A stretch of 64,000 bases of DNA from Chloroflexota bacterium (GTDB lineage: Bacteria > Chloroflexota > Anaerolineae > UBA2200). A model generated the notes under the pieces. The model was not told the origin of the DNA, searched no databases, and saw only the letters and a program-made list of their open reading frames with translations. Positions within the stretch are counted from its first letter, which is position 1. Each line of letters starts with the position of its first letter. The stretch spans positions 29,169 through 93,168 of the forward strand of contig JAUWJD010000009.1 of NCBI GenBank assembly GCA_030607875.1. Reading direction: 5' to 3'. Position numbers and translations under genes: made by a program. Below are positions 1 through 8,665 of the stretch, piece after piece.

Positions 1-107
1 GTGCAATGAGTTGAGCCAAAGAGAACGCCATGGCATTTTCCCTCCCTTTCAAATGCTTTGGAACCAGTCCGAGAAAACACGGCACGCCAGGATCGCAGGC
101 ATTGTGG

Positions 108-2108
108 TCATTCTTCTCCCTCCCCAGAGATCGCTGTGCTGGATTCCTGCCTGCATCTGCGCAGCACTGCTTCTAGCTCCAGCACTCTGGCCGTCTCTGC
201 TAAAGGCCAACCCGTTGCCGGGTTGATGCCCATCGTCTCGAAGTAACCCTTGCTCATGGCTGCGGTGTTCAGCGTCACGCCGGCCAGGGGGCCGGCATCC
301 AGTGGCGGCTGGCCCCGCTCGCGCGCAGGCAGTGTGATCTGCTCAGGCGTGATCCCTTCGCGGGCGTTGAAGGCGTGGCGCAAGGCCTGAATGCGCTTTC
401 CGGTGCGAAGAAGACCCATCTCATCTATGTCCCAGCCGGTGGCAGCTCGCAACCATGTCAGGAACGGTGGGTCACCCATCAACAGGCTGAATTGGCACAA
501 GCCCAGGGCATCGAAAGCGCGCAGAACCGGCATCGTCGTGGCCACCTCTGCGCCCTTGGCTGCACTGTCATGGCGGGCCGCGGGCTGGCGTCCGGCGAGT
601 TTGAGATAGCGGACCAGAGAGGGATCGACTAATACCCCACTTAAAGTGGAGGTGTGCCGGCCCGGTGCCGGGTCGAACAGATAGCCTGCGCCAACACTTG
701 GTTCGTAGAGGCTGCGATGCATGGGCAGTTCCTGCCCGCCCGTGTGCATGGCCACCTCGTGGGCTTTAGGATCCAGCCGCTTGGCGGCGCGCATCACGCC
801 GTCAGCCAGCCACTCTCCCAGGCCTGGCTGGCGAGTGGCGATGCGCTTGGTCAGTTCGATGATCGCTTCGCCGTTGCCCCATCGTAACTCGAGTTCATCA
901 GCCAACTTCGGCGGCAGCCAGCCGCGCTCGTAGCACTCCATACCAAAGGCCACCGCCACACCGGTTGAGATCGTGTCCAGGCCAGACAGGTTGCAGATCT
1001 CGTTGCAAGCTACGACCGTATTCAGGTCAGCGTTCATCACCGTTGGGCCGAATGCGGCCAGGGTCTCGTACTCAGGGCGGTGGCCGGTGCCGCCACCCGG
1101 CAAGCGAATCACTGCACCGCAAGCCAGCGGACAACTGTGGCAAGCGTATGGCCTGATGTTGTCCTGGATTACCGCCTCGTCGCTGAGGTTCTCAGCCCAC
1201 GCCAGTGGATAGTCGCGCAGGCTGCTACCCGCCCAGTTACGTATGGGCGTATCACCCAGGGCGACCAGCAACGCTGTCCCCGCAGCAGTCCCGTACAGGC
1301 GGTAGTTGTCGATCACCATCTGCGCAGGGCCGCCGCTCAATCTGAGGCGGAAGCGCCGCAAGAGGGGGGCCAAGAGATGTAGCAACTTGGGCACTATGGG
1401 CATCCAGGCGGGTGGTTTGCGGCGGAAGAGCTGGCGGTAGCCTTTGGTGCTTTCGGCAAAGATGGCTTTGTCAGCTAGTGGCGGTGACCGCTTGCCACGC
1501 GCCGCCACCGCTTTGAGCTTCTTGGAGCCCATCACCGCGCCCAGACCACAGCGCGCAGCAATACGGCCACCGTCATTGACAATGCCAGAGATGAGCGACA
1601 GCTTCTCCCCAGCCGGGCCAATACAGGCAACGTGAACATCTTTGGATGTGGCCTGGCGAATCGCTTCTTCAGTGGCAAGCGTGTCCAGGCCCCAAAACTC
1701 GGACGCATGGCGCAGTTCGGCGCGTTCGCTGTCTACGTACAGATAGACCGGTTCTTGGGCCACACCGCGGACGAACAGCCCGTCGTAGCCCGCACCGCGC
1801 AGGGCTGGACCGAACTTGCCCCCGCCATTGGCATCGCCCCAGCCACCCGTGAGTGGCGACTTGGCGGCGACCATAAAGCGCCCGCTGAAAGGGGCCCCGC
1901 TGCCCGTGAGCAGGCCAGGCAGAAAGCCCAGCATGTTGTCCGGCCCGAGCGGGTCACTGCCTGCGGGAATGTGCTCATAGAGCACACGCACGCCTAGCCC
2001 GTAACCACCCAGATACTGGCGGTAGACCTCATCTGGCAGGGCCTTTGCTTCAATGGTGCCGGTTGAGAGATTGACGAACAGAACCTTTCCCCAGTATCCC
2101 TTGGGCAT
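108..2108 (-). CDS. aldehyde:ferredoxin oxidoreductase (tungsten AOR family)
   Basis: The ORF is about 667 aa and begins MPKGYWGKVLFVNLSTG...YGLGVRVL, typical of the AOR family N-terminal domain. A GGAGGAG RBS lies 7 nt upstream of the ATG at 2108. Confidence 0.85.
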   Translation of the reverse strand: MPKGYWGKVLFVNLSTGTIEAKALPDEVYRQYLGGYGLGVRVLYEHIPAGSDPLGPDNMLGFLPGLLTGSGAPFSGRFMVAAKSPLTGGWGDANGGGKFGPALRGAGYDGLFVRGVAQEPVYLYVDSERAELRHASEFWGLDTLATEEAIRQATSKDVHVACIGPAGEKLSLISGIVNDGGRIAARCGLGAVMGSKKLKAVAARGKRSPPLADKAIFAESTKGYRQLFRRKPPAWMPIVPKLLHLLAPLLRRFRLRLSGGPAQMVIDNYRLYGTAAGTALLVALGDTPIRNWAGSSLRDYPLAWAENLSDEAVIQDNIRPYACHSCPLACGAVIRLPGGGTGHRPEYETLAAFGPTVMNADLNTVVACNEICNLSGLDTISTGVAVAFGMECYERGWLPPKLADELELRWGNGEAIIELTKRIATRQPGLGEWLADGVMRAAKRLDPKAHEVAMHTGGQELPMHRSLYEPSVGAGYLFDPAPGRHTSTLSGVLVDPSLVRYLKLAGRQPAARHDSAAKGAEVATTMPVLRAFDALGLCQFSLLMGDPPFLTWLRAATGWDIDEMGLLRTGKRIQALRHAFNAREGITPEQITLPARERGQPPLDAGPLAGVTLNTAAMSKGYFETMGINPATGWPLAETARVLELEAVLRRCRQESSTAISGEGEE

Positions 2109-2306
2109 GTGAGCTCCTCCATGCAAGAGTAGGTTCGCTTGGCCCAGCCAGTCTTTGACCCCTGGGTTGGCAGTCTGCAGTTGTCAGTAGGCGGTGATCA
2201 GTATAGCTGATACGAGCACATACATACTGTAACTGGATATGTTGCTGCCCCCTGCTGCAACTGCCAACTGCCCACTGACAACTGCCAACCGCAAACCGGC
2301 AACCGT

Positions 2307-2942
2307 CTATGCTATCCCCACCGCCCTTAGCAATTCGAGCGTCTCTGGCGGCAAGGTGGCTGGTTCTTTGCCAAACAGCCTGCAGGCCAGCATGACCTGC
2401 ACAACCTCTTCGATGGCCATGGTGCGGTTGGCCGCCTGGCGCAGGGTCCAGCCAACGATCAGCAGCCCATGGCATTGCAGGAGAGCTGCCGGACTGTGCT
2501 TCAGTGCTTCCACTACACCCTCGCACAGCTCTGGTGAGCCAGAGAGGCAGTAAGGTACGATCTGGGTGTTGACGAAAGGTGCGGCATCCATGCTGATCGG
2601 CAGGATGCTGCCGCTTATCAGACCAAGTGCGGTGCACAACTTGGCGTGGCTGTGGATGACTGCCTCAATGTCTGGGTAGGCTTCATACACCGCTAGGTGG
2701 ACCTTGGTCTCGATCGAAGGGCGCTTGCGGCGTTCGTACGAACGGCCTTTGCGATTGACCTTGACGATGTCCTCAGGCTTGAGGCCACCTTTGTACAGCA
2801 TGGTCGGAGTGATGAGGAAGGCATCGTCTTCCTCGAGAATCCGGACCGAGACGTTGCCGCCTGTGGGCGTGATCATCCCCAGCTCATACAGCTCGTCAAC
2901 GACGCTCACGATTTCCTGACGCAGCTCTTGTTCTGCTGACAT
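2307..2942 (-). CDS. class II aldolase/adducin-family protein (FucA/AraD-like)
   Basis: Carries the GGNVSVR and HSHA motifs of class II aldolases or epimerases and is about 212 aa. The start is chosen at MSAEQEL with an AGGAAA RBS, although an in-frame ATG at 2963 is also possible. Confidence 0.8.
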   Translation of the reverse strand: MSAEQELRQEIVSVVDELYELGMITPTGGNVSVRILEEDDAFLITPTMLYKGGLKPEDIVKVNRKGRSYERRKRPSIETKVHLAVYEAYPDIEAVIHSHAKLCTALGLISGSILPISMDAAPFVNTQIVPYCLSGSPELCEGVVEALKHSPAALLQCHGLLIVGWTLRQAANRTMAIEEVVQVMLACRLFGKEPATLPPETLELLRAVGIA

Positions 2943-2969
2943 GTCTTTGTTTCCTCGTTTCATTCGTGG

Positions 2970-4466
2970 CTAGAGCCCGCGCGCCTGTTCAAACAACCGC
3001 GTCCACTTGCGATACAATCCTCTGTAGGCTCGAGCGTTGGCCGGATTGGGTTCCACAACTGGCTCCCAGTGTACCATTGCTTTGGCCGCCGATGGCAAGG
3101 TGGAGTAAGCACCTGCACCCACCGCCGCACAGATTGCTGCACCGAGGCTGCTTGCTTCGCGTACGCGTGGCATGTGTACTTTGCGCTGGCAGACGTCAGC
3201 GACAATCTGCACAAAGAGGCTGGAACGTGCCAGCCCGCCACACAGGTTCAACGAACTCACTTCCTGGCCGCTGATCTTTGCCAGTTGTTCGACGTTGCCG
3301 CGCGCGGCGTAGGCCACGTTCTCCAGGATGGCCCGGCCAAAGGATCCGCGCGTCAATGGGCGCTCCGTGAGCCCCAGAAATGGGAACACGAAGGTCGATT
3401 TGGGTGGAAAGGCCAGTTCACGAAAGTCCGCAACCTGTGGCCCCATCGCCGCCAGCACCTCGCCTGGCTTTGCATCCTGCATCTCATCTTCCAGCCTGTG
3501 GTAGTCGGCCATTCCGATACCGACAAAAGCTTCGCAGAACCAGCGGAAGGCAATGCCAGCCAGCCCGGCGTTGCTCTCCAGAACCCATTGGTTAGGGAGG
3601 ACGTAAGCACCCAGGTGCAGGCGGTGCAGTGCGCCAAAGATGGGACGAGAGAGAACCATTTGAACGGGCATTGTCGTTCCGGCGATGACTGTGGTCTCAC
3701 CGTCCTCGAAAGCTGCACAGCCCAGACAGGCAGCCTGTGAATCCGCCGCTCCGACGGCTACGGGTATGCCCTCTGGCAGGCCCAACGCTGCGGCTGCTTG
3801 TGGGGTCAGTGTGCCCACCTTGGTGCCAGGTGGATAACAGGGCGGATATAGCTGTGCCGAGAAATCGAGCAGGTCGCAAAGTTCAGACGACCACTGACAA
3901 TGGATGACATCAAAGAGCATGGAGGAACTGGCGTTGGTTGGCTCCGAGCAGACCTCCCCGCTGAGACGATAGGTCAGCCAGTCGCTGATCATGAGGACGT
4001 GGGCAATGCGCCTATACGCCTCGGGGCGGTGCAGGCGAAACCACCACAGGCGCTCCAGGGCATCCAGCCCCAATGGCCACCGCCCAGTGATGCGGTAGAT
4101 GGTCTCGCCAAAGTCTCTGGCGATGTCTTCGGCATGGAGCACGCCCCGGGCGTCGCGGTTGGTGCTGCAAAGGATCTCGTGGCCATCTGCGTCCAAGAAG
4201 ACGACGCCATCCCGCTGACTGGTGGTGCTTATGGCGCGCACGGACTGTGGGTCAATGCTGGCCTGCTCCATCGCCTGTCGTGTGGTGCGGCACAGGGCTG
4301 CCCACATCTCTTGTGGATCGAATTCCGAACCTAGCGGTTCGTCCTCCGGTGTGTGTGGAGCCCAATCCTGGGCTGCCGACGATAGCAGGTTTCCTTCCAG
4401 GTCGAATATGGCACTCCGCCCAGCCCCGCTGCCAGCGTCCAGGGCGATGACGCAATCACTTTTCAT
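2970..4466 (-). CDS. FGGY-family carbohydrate kinase, LsrK-like
   Basis: The ORF is 498 aa. The ALDAGSGAGRSAIFDLEGN, NRDARG and MISDWLTYRLSGE motifs closely match the E. coli LsrK/FGGY N-terminal and hinge signatures. Confidence 0.8.
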   Translation of the reverse strand: MKSDCVIALDAGSGAGRSAIFDLEGNLLSSAAQDWAPHTPEDEPLGSEFDPQEMWAALCRTTRQAMEQASIDPQSVRAISTTSQRDGVVFLDADGHEILCSTNRDARGVLHAEDIARDFGETIYRITGRWPLGLDALERLWWFRLHRPEAYRRIAHVLMISDWLTYRLSGEVCSEPTNASSSMLFDVIHCQWSSELCDLLDFSAQLYPPCYPPGTKVGTLTPQAAAALGLPEGIPVAVGAADSQAACLGCAAFEDGETTVIAGTTMPVQMVLSRPIFGALHRLHLGAYVLPNQWVLESNAGLAGIAFRWFCEAFVGIGMADYHRLEDEMQDAKPGEVLAAMGPQVADFRELAFPPKSTFVFPFLGLTERPLTRGSFGRAILENVAYAARGNVEQLAKISGQEVSSLNLCGGLARSSLFVQIVADVCQRKVHMPRVREASSLGAAICAAVGAGAYSTLPSAAKAMVHWEPVVEPNPANARAYRGLYRKWTRLFEQARGL

Positions 4467-4519
4467 GACCAGCCTCGTAGTTTGCAGAGTAGTTCAATGG
4501 CAACTGCCAGGCGCGTGCA

Positions 4520-5518
4520 CTACCACCGAAAGTCATCCAGGGTCTGCGGGTTGATGCAGTGCAGGGGGCGCTGGCTTTCGAAGAGTCGCACCAGATCAGC
4601 GACGGCGATATGCGATTGGTGGGCAACCACCTCTGCCGTGCTTCCACCAATGTGTGGCGTGGCGATGACGTTGTCCAAGGTGAGCAGCGGGTTGTCCGGC
4701 GCGGGTGGCTCGTCGTCGAACACGTCCAGCGCAGCGCCAGCCAGATGCCCATCACGCAGAGCATCGTAGAGTGCAGTCTCGTCCGTCAAGGCCGAGCGGG
4801 CCACGTTGATGAAATAGGCCCCTTCTTTCATCAGGCCGAACTCGCGCTTGCCTATCATACCGCTCGTCTCGTCAGTCACCACAGCGTGCAAGCTGACGAT
4901 GTCGGACTGCCGCAGCAGTTCGCTCAGCTCCAGCATGGCGACATTGAGTTCGCTGGCTTGCTCCTGGCTCACATACGGGTCGTAGGCGACGACGTGCGCG
5001 CCGAAGGGCAGCAGTCGTGCGGCCACCGCGCGTCCCGCGGCTCCCAGGCCCACCAGGCCAACTGTCTTTTCCCACAGCTCTGCGCCTTGGTACCGGGTGA
5101 AAACGCGGGCCAGTTTGGCCATGCCGTCGCCTTCTTGGCGCAGAATGCTGGCCAGTGGCAGAAAGCGTCTCAGCATGGACAGCATGAACAGCAACGCCAA
5201 GTCCGCCACGGCATCTGCGTTGCGCCCGGGAGCAATCAGCACCGGTACGCCATGTTCCGTGGCTGCATCAAGATCAATGTTCACCGGCGCACCACGGCAG
5301 CAGGAGATCACCTGCAGGCTGGGCACCTTGGGAAAGATGTACTTGCGGACTTGGTCCACCTCGGTGACCAGGACGTTTACGCCTTCGAGCGCCTTAACCA
5401 GCCTGGAGCCGGCCAACATGCGCATCTTCTCGCCGTAGCTGCTGTATTCCACCTCACCATAACGGCCCAGGGTGGACAGCGCCTCCTGGTCGAACCGGGC
5501 AGTGATCAGGATTTTCAT
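4520..5518 (-). CDS. D-isomer-specific 2-hydroxyacid dehydrogenase (PGDH-like)
   Basis: The ORF is 332 aa, with an NAD-binding GLVGLGAAGRAVA segment and the catalytic R-E-H region of the family (ATPHIGGST). Confidence 0.8.
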   Translation of the reverse strand: MKILITARFDQEALSTLGRYGEVEYSSYGEKMRMLAGSRLVKALEGVNVLVTEVDQVRKYIFPKVPSLQVISCCRGAPVNIDLDAATEHGVPVLIAPGRNADAVADLALLFMLSMLRRFLPLASILRQEGDGMAKLARVFTRYQGAELWEKTVGLVGLGAAGRAVAARLLPFGAHVVAYDPYVSQEQASELNVAMLELSELLRQSDIVSLHAVVTDETSGMIGKREFGLMKEGAYFINVARSALTDETALYDALRDGHLAGAALDVFDDEPPAPDNPLLTLDNVIATPHIGGSTAEVVAHQSHIAVADLVRLFESQRPLHCINPQTLDDFRW

Positions 5519-5521
5519 GGA

Positions 5522-5911
5522 CTACGCGTCAGTTTTGGCCTTGAAGTAGATGCGCTTGAAATCATCCATCAGGCCCTGCAAGCGCATCGCTGCGGCGACG
5601 TTGCCGGAAAAGGCCAGGTCGCCCTTCATCGCCGCCTTGGCTGCGTTGACTTTTCCGGTGAACATGCCGTCAAAGATGTCGCTGTCCATGGTCAGGTAGA
5701 TGTCAGCATCCTCCTCGAGCTCGCCCAGCCCTGCCTCGACCTCGCCGTCCCGGAAGTTGGTGTAGAAGAAGACGTCCAGGTCCGGAAACTCGTAGCTGAT
5801 GGTCAGGTTCTTGCCCTTGCTGGCCTGAATCAGTGCTTCGTCCGCTTGTGCCAGTTCGGCCATCTTGCTCAGGACCTTGGTCAGCTCTTCTGGAGTGTCG
5901 AATGTAGCCAT
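5522..5911 (-). CDS. SCP2 sterol-carrier-like domain protein
   Basis: The ORF is 129 aa with an SCP-2-like fold signature (GDLAFSGNVAAAMRLQGL). It lies 3 nt upstream of the dehydrogenase. Confidence 0.65.
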   Translation of the reverse strand: MATFDTPEELTKVLSKMAELAQADEALIQASKGKNLTISYEFPDLDVFFYTNFRDGEVEAGLGELEEDADIYLTMDSDIFDGMFTGKVNAAKAAMKGDLAFSGNVAAAMRLQGLMDDFKRIYFKAKTDA

Positions 5912-6061
5912 GATGTTTCCTCCTGTTTTGTGGACGTGGTATTAAATTATATCATGGGATGGCTATGGATGCAATCTGGAGTCTACCTTTTCGGCGTCGC
6001 AAGTTGCCATTTGCGATATTCGATGATATAATGTCAACACAACGACGTAGTGAGGAGACCT

Positions 6062-6541
6062 ATGGGACGACCAGACAAGCAGGCCATCCGCCGGAAGATT
6101 GTGGGCACTCTGCTGCGCCATGCGCGGCTGAGTGCGGGCAGAAGCCAGAGCGAGCTTTCTGCTGCCTTGCATGTGTCCAGGCATCGCTATGCACAGTACG
6201 AACAGGGAAAGCGAGAGCTCTCATTGCCTGACTTGGAGCTTGTTTCCGAGCTATGTGGGGTGCGGCTGGGATACTTTTTCGATGACGAAGCAGAAGTGGA
6301 AGACGAGGCTTTGGAAGTGTCTCACTCGGTGGCACCCCGCATCAAGCGCAAGATAGTGGGTGTGCTGTTGCACCAGGCCAGGCAGCTTGCAGGCAAATCA
6401 CGGAAGGAATGCGCTGCTACGCTCGGTATCTCCCCACGACGTGTTTCGCAGTACGAGAATGGAGAGAGGGAAATCTCCGCACATGAGCTCGAGATCCTGG
6501 CTCCCTATCTGGATGTACAGGTAAGCCACCTTGCGGTGTGA
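6062..6541 (+). CDS. XRE-family transcriptional regulator with two tandem HTH domains
   Basis: Contains two internal repeats of an HTH_XRE domain (RRKIVGTLLRHARLSAGRSQSELS and KRKIVGVLLHQARQLAGKSRKECA). A GAGGAGACC RBS precedes the ATG at 6062. The gene is divergent from the sugar operon. Confidence 0.75.
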   Translation: MGRPDKQAIRRKIVGTLLRHARLSAGRSQSELSAALHVSRHRYAQYEQGKRELSLPDLELVSELCGVRLGYFFDDEAEVEDEALEVSHSVAPRIKRKIVGVLLHQARQLAGKSRKECAATLGISPRRVSQYENGEREISAHELEILAPYLDVQVSHLAV

Positions 6542-6633
6542 GATGGCCTTGGCTTGCCACATGGTGGCGGAGGAGACTGAAATGTGAGTCTTGTGGGTCC
6601 TTCCTGGAAGGACAGCATGAGTGGTGTCTCGCG

Positions 6634-6666
6634 GTCATCTCAAGGTTTTGAGATGACTCTTTTTTG
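6634..6666 (+). terminator. rho-independent terminator
   Basis: A 10-bp stem (GTCATCTCAA / TTGAGATGAC) with a GGTT loop is followed by TCTTTTTTG. It lies directly after the XRE gene. Confidence 0.6.
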
Positions 6667-6749
6667 TCCGGCATGCCTGCTGTCATGCTTCTGTCTGCAG
6701 ATGATTGGCAGATACAGAGTACCGCGTCCAGGCCAGTAATCCAGGCTTC

Positions 6750-8636
6750 TCAGCGCCAGATATCCTCTATGGCTTGTCCACTGACCGTCGCTGGGGATGA
6801 GAAGCCTAACACCCTGGCAATCGTAGGAGCGATGTCCGTGATGTGCACAGGGGGAATGGGCTTGCCAGATACGAGATCGTTGCCAGCCGCGATGAAGATG
6901 CCATGCATTTCCGGCAGTGTGGCGTCCAAGCCCCCTTCAGCACCATATGGAGATGGAACCAAGAACTCCTCGAAACCCAGTGCATCGGACAGCCAATAGC
7001 CAGGTGCTGCCTGCACAAATAGATCCCCAGAGTTGGGCGAATCCAGGTGTATGCGTGACAGTTCATCGCGCGTGAGAATGCGTGCGAACACCGGCTGCCC
7101 GTCCTCGTCCTGGGTCTCTTCCAGCATCTCCACGATCTGCTGTTGTATGTCCTCATATTCCTCTGGAGCGACCAGGCCTGGCTGATCTCTACCCAGCAGG
7201 TTGATGTAGATGTGAGCGCTGCCTCCTGAGGCAAAGGCCAAAGCCTTACTCTCATCCTCGTCAACTGTATCCTGCTCATGGCTGGTGTCCAGATATAGCA
7301 GCTTGGCATCTTTCAGGATGGCGTTCAGCCTCACTGAGGTGTGCACCGACGACAAGCCATGCCCTGAGATGACTAACATAGCCGAATCGGCCACATTCAC
7401 CAGTGAGAGCAGTCGCCCCAGGTTTGCATCGGCCACCGAGTGCGCTTTCTGCCGATAGGCAGCGTACAGTTCTGCCGTTTCCAGGCTGTATCCCTGCTGA
7501 CGTTCATCGACGACAAGGAACGGCCGGGCGCACTCAGCAATGATGTTTTGCGCGGTGAGCAGCAGGGCAGGTTGATAGGCTCGGTATACTTGCGACACCA
7601 CGTCCATCATCCACTTTGCCCGCAGTTCCGCCATCTCGTAGTATTGCTGCGGTGACAACCAGCCCAGGCGCAATGCCTCGATATCCGGAGTCGGAGGCGG
7701 GAAGCCCAATTCGTTTACGCTTCTCAGCAATTCGATCGGACGCGCCCGATTGTAACTGACTCGGCTCTGATACACCGTAGCGGTGACACCGTCGGACGCT
7801 GTGAAGCAGAAGTAGGCACCACTGTGCAGCCGTGGGCTGACAGTCACTGCGGCCCATTTGCCCGGTTGCAGTTCCGTATGGCCGTTGGCCAGATTCTTGT
7901 CGCTGTCCAGGATCAATCGGTCGTAGTTGGGGGCATCGTCGTCCAGACCGCCAGCGGCCAGCACATTGAATGTCGCGACGGTGCCATCTTCTTGGCTGGC
8001 AATGCGCAGTACCCCCTCTTGCAAGGGACTGAATGAGATAGGTGCAGCCTCCCAGCCATTCGCTTCCTGAAATGAGATGACGTGCTGAACAGCCGGCACA
8101 TCGCTTTCGGCGACTGCGACCATGTAGTTGGCTTGCAGGTTGGGCACGTCCAACGCCGCGCTGGGCCAGAAGAGAGTGGCTGTCTTCAAGCCGTTGCGCA
8201 TAGCTGTGCGCCAGACCGTCTCCGGTGATGCTATGAGTTTGTCTAGCTCGCCCACGGGTTCAGGAAAAGCAGCCCCCGGCACGTGGTACTTGGCGGATAC
8301 CAGGCCGGTGCTGTTCGGGAACGCTCCCGTGCTCAGGGAGAAATAGGCTGGAGCCGCCAGAGCTGGATCTACCGTCTGCATGTATGCCGCTGTCACGCCG
8401 CGCTTGGCCAAAGCAGCCAGATTGGGCATGGTGCCATCTTGCATATAGCCAGCGAGCCAATCAGGGCGGGCACCATCCAAGGCCACGAGGACGACTCCCG
8501 CCTGCTGCCTGGACGCTTGTGTGTCACTTGGTGGAGGTGAGGCTGTTGGAACCATGGTGGGGGTCGAAGCGGACTGGCACGAGTTTGCCAACAGGAGCAA
8601 GAGCACTGTCCAGATACCAATCCATTCTCTCTTCAT
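6750..8636 (-). CDS. alkaline-phosphatase-superfamily type I phosphodiesterase / nucleotide pyrophosphatase lipoprotein
   Basis: Has the VLVALDGARPDWL metal-site motif of the superfamily and a signal peptide ending LLLLLANSC. A GGAGAG RBS precedes the MKREW start. Confidence 0.7.
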   Translation of the reverse strand: MKREWIGIWTVLLLLLANSCQSASTPTMVPTASPPPSDTQASRQQAGVVLVALDGARPDWLAGYMQDGTMPNLAALAKRGVTAAYMQTVDPALAAPAYFSLSTGAFPNSTGLVSAKYHVPGAAFPEPVGELDKLIASPETVWRTAMRNGLKTATLFWPSAALDVPNLQANYMVAVAESDVPAVQHVISFQEANGWEAAPISFSPLQEGVLRIASQEDGTVATFNVLAAGGLDDDAPNYDRLILDSDKNLANGHTELQPGKWAAVTVSPRLHSGAYFCFTASDGVTATVYQSRVSYNRARPIELLRSVNELGFPPPTPDIEALRLGWLSPQQYYEMAELRAKWMMDVVSQVYRAYQPALLLTAQNIIAECARPFLVVDERQQGYSLETAELYAAYRQKAHSVADANLGRLLSLVNVADSAMLVISGHGLSSVHTSVRLNAILKDAKLLYLDTSHEQDTVDEDESKALAFASGGSAHIYINLLGRDQPGLVAPEEYEDIQQQIVEMLEETQDEDGQPVFARILTRDELSRIHLDSPNSGDLFVQAAPGYWLSDALGFEEFLVPSPYGAEGGLDATLPEMHGIFIAAGNDLVSGKPIPPVHITDIAPTIARVLGFSSPATVSGQAIEDIWR

Positions 8637-8665
8637 CAATTGCTCTCCAGGCACGAAATGCTCGG

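Noticed and set aside
11-246. Two small ORFs at the left edge
   Set aside because: They overlap the 3' end of the AOR gene on the opposite strand and have no support.
4559-6031. 490-aa plus-strand ORF, and similar long ORFs at 28446-29699, 29799-30884, 14393-15460, 16115-16984 and 56298-57209
   Set aside because: All lie antisense to well-supported genes (dehydrogenase/SCP2, the permease-M28 fusion, ppdK, AlbA_2). They have no RBS or recognisable domains. Long antisense ORFs are expected at about 60% GC.
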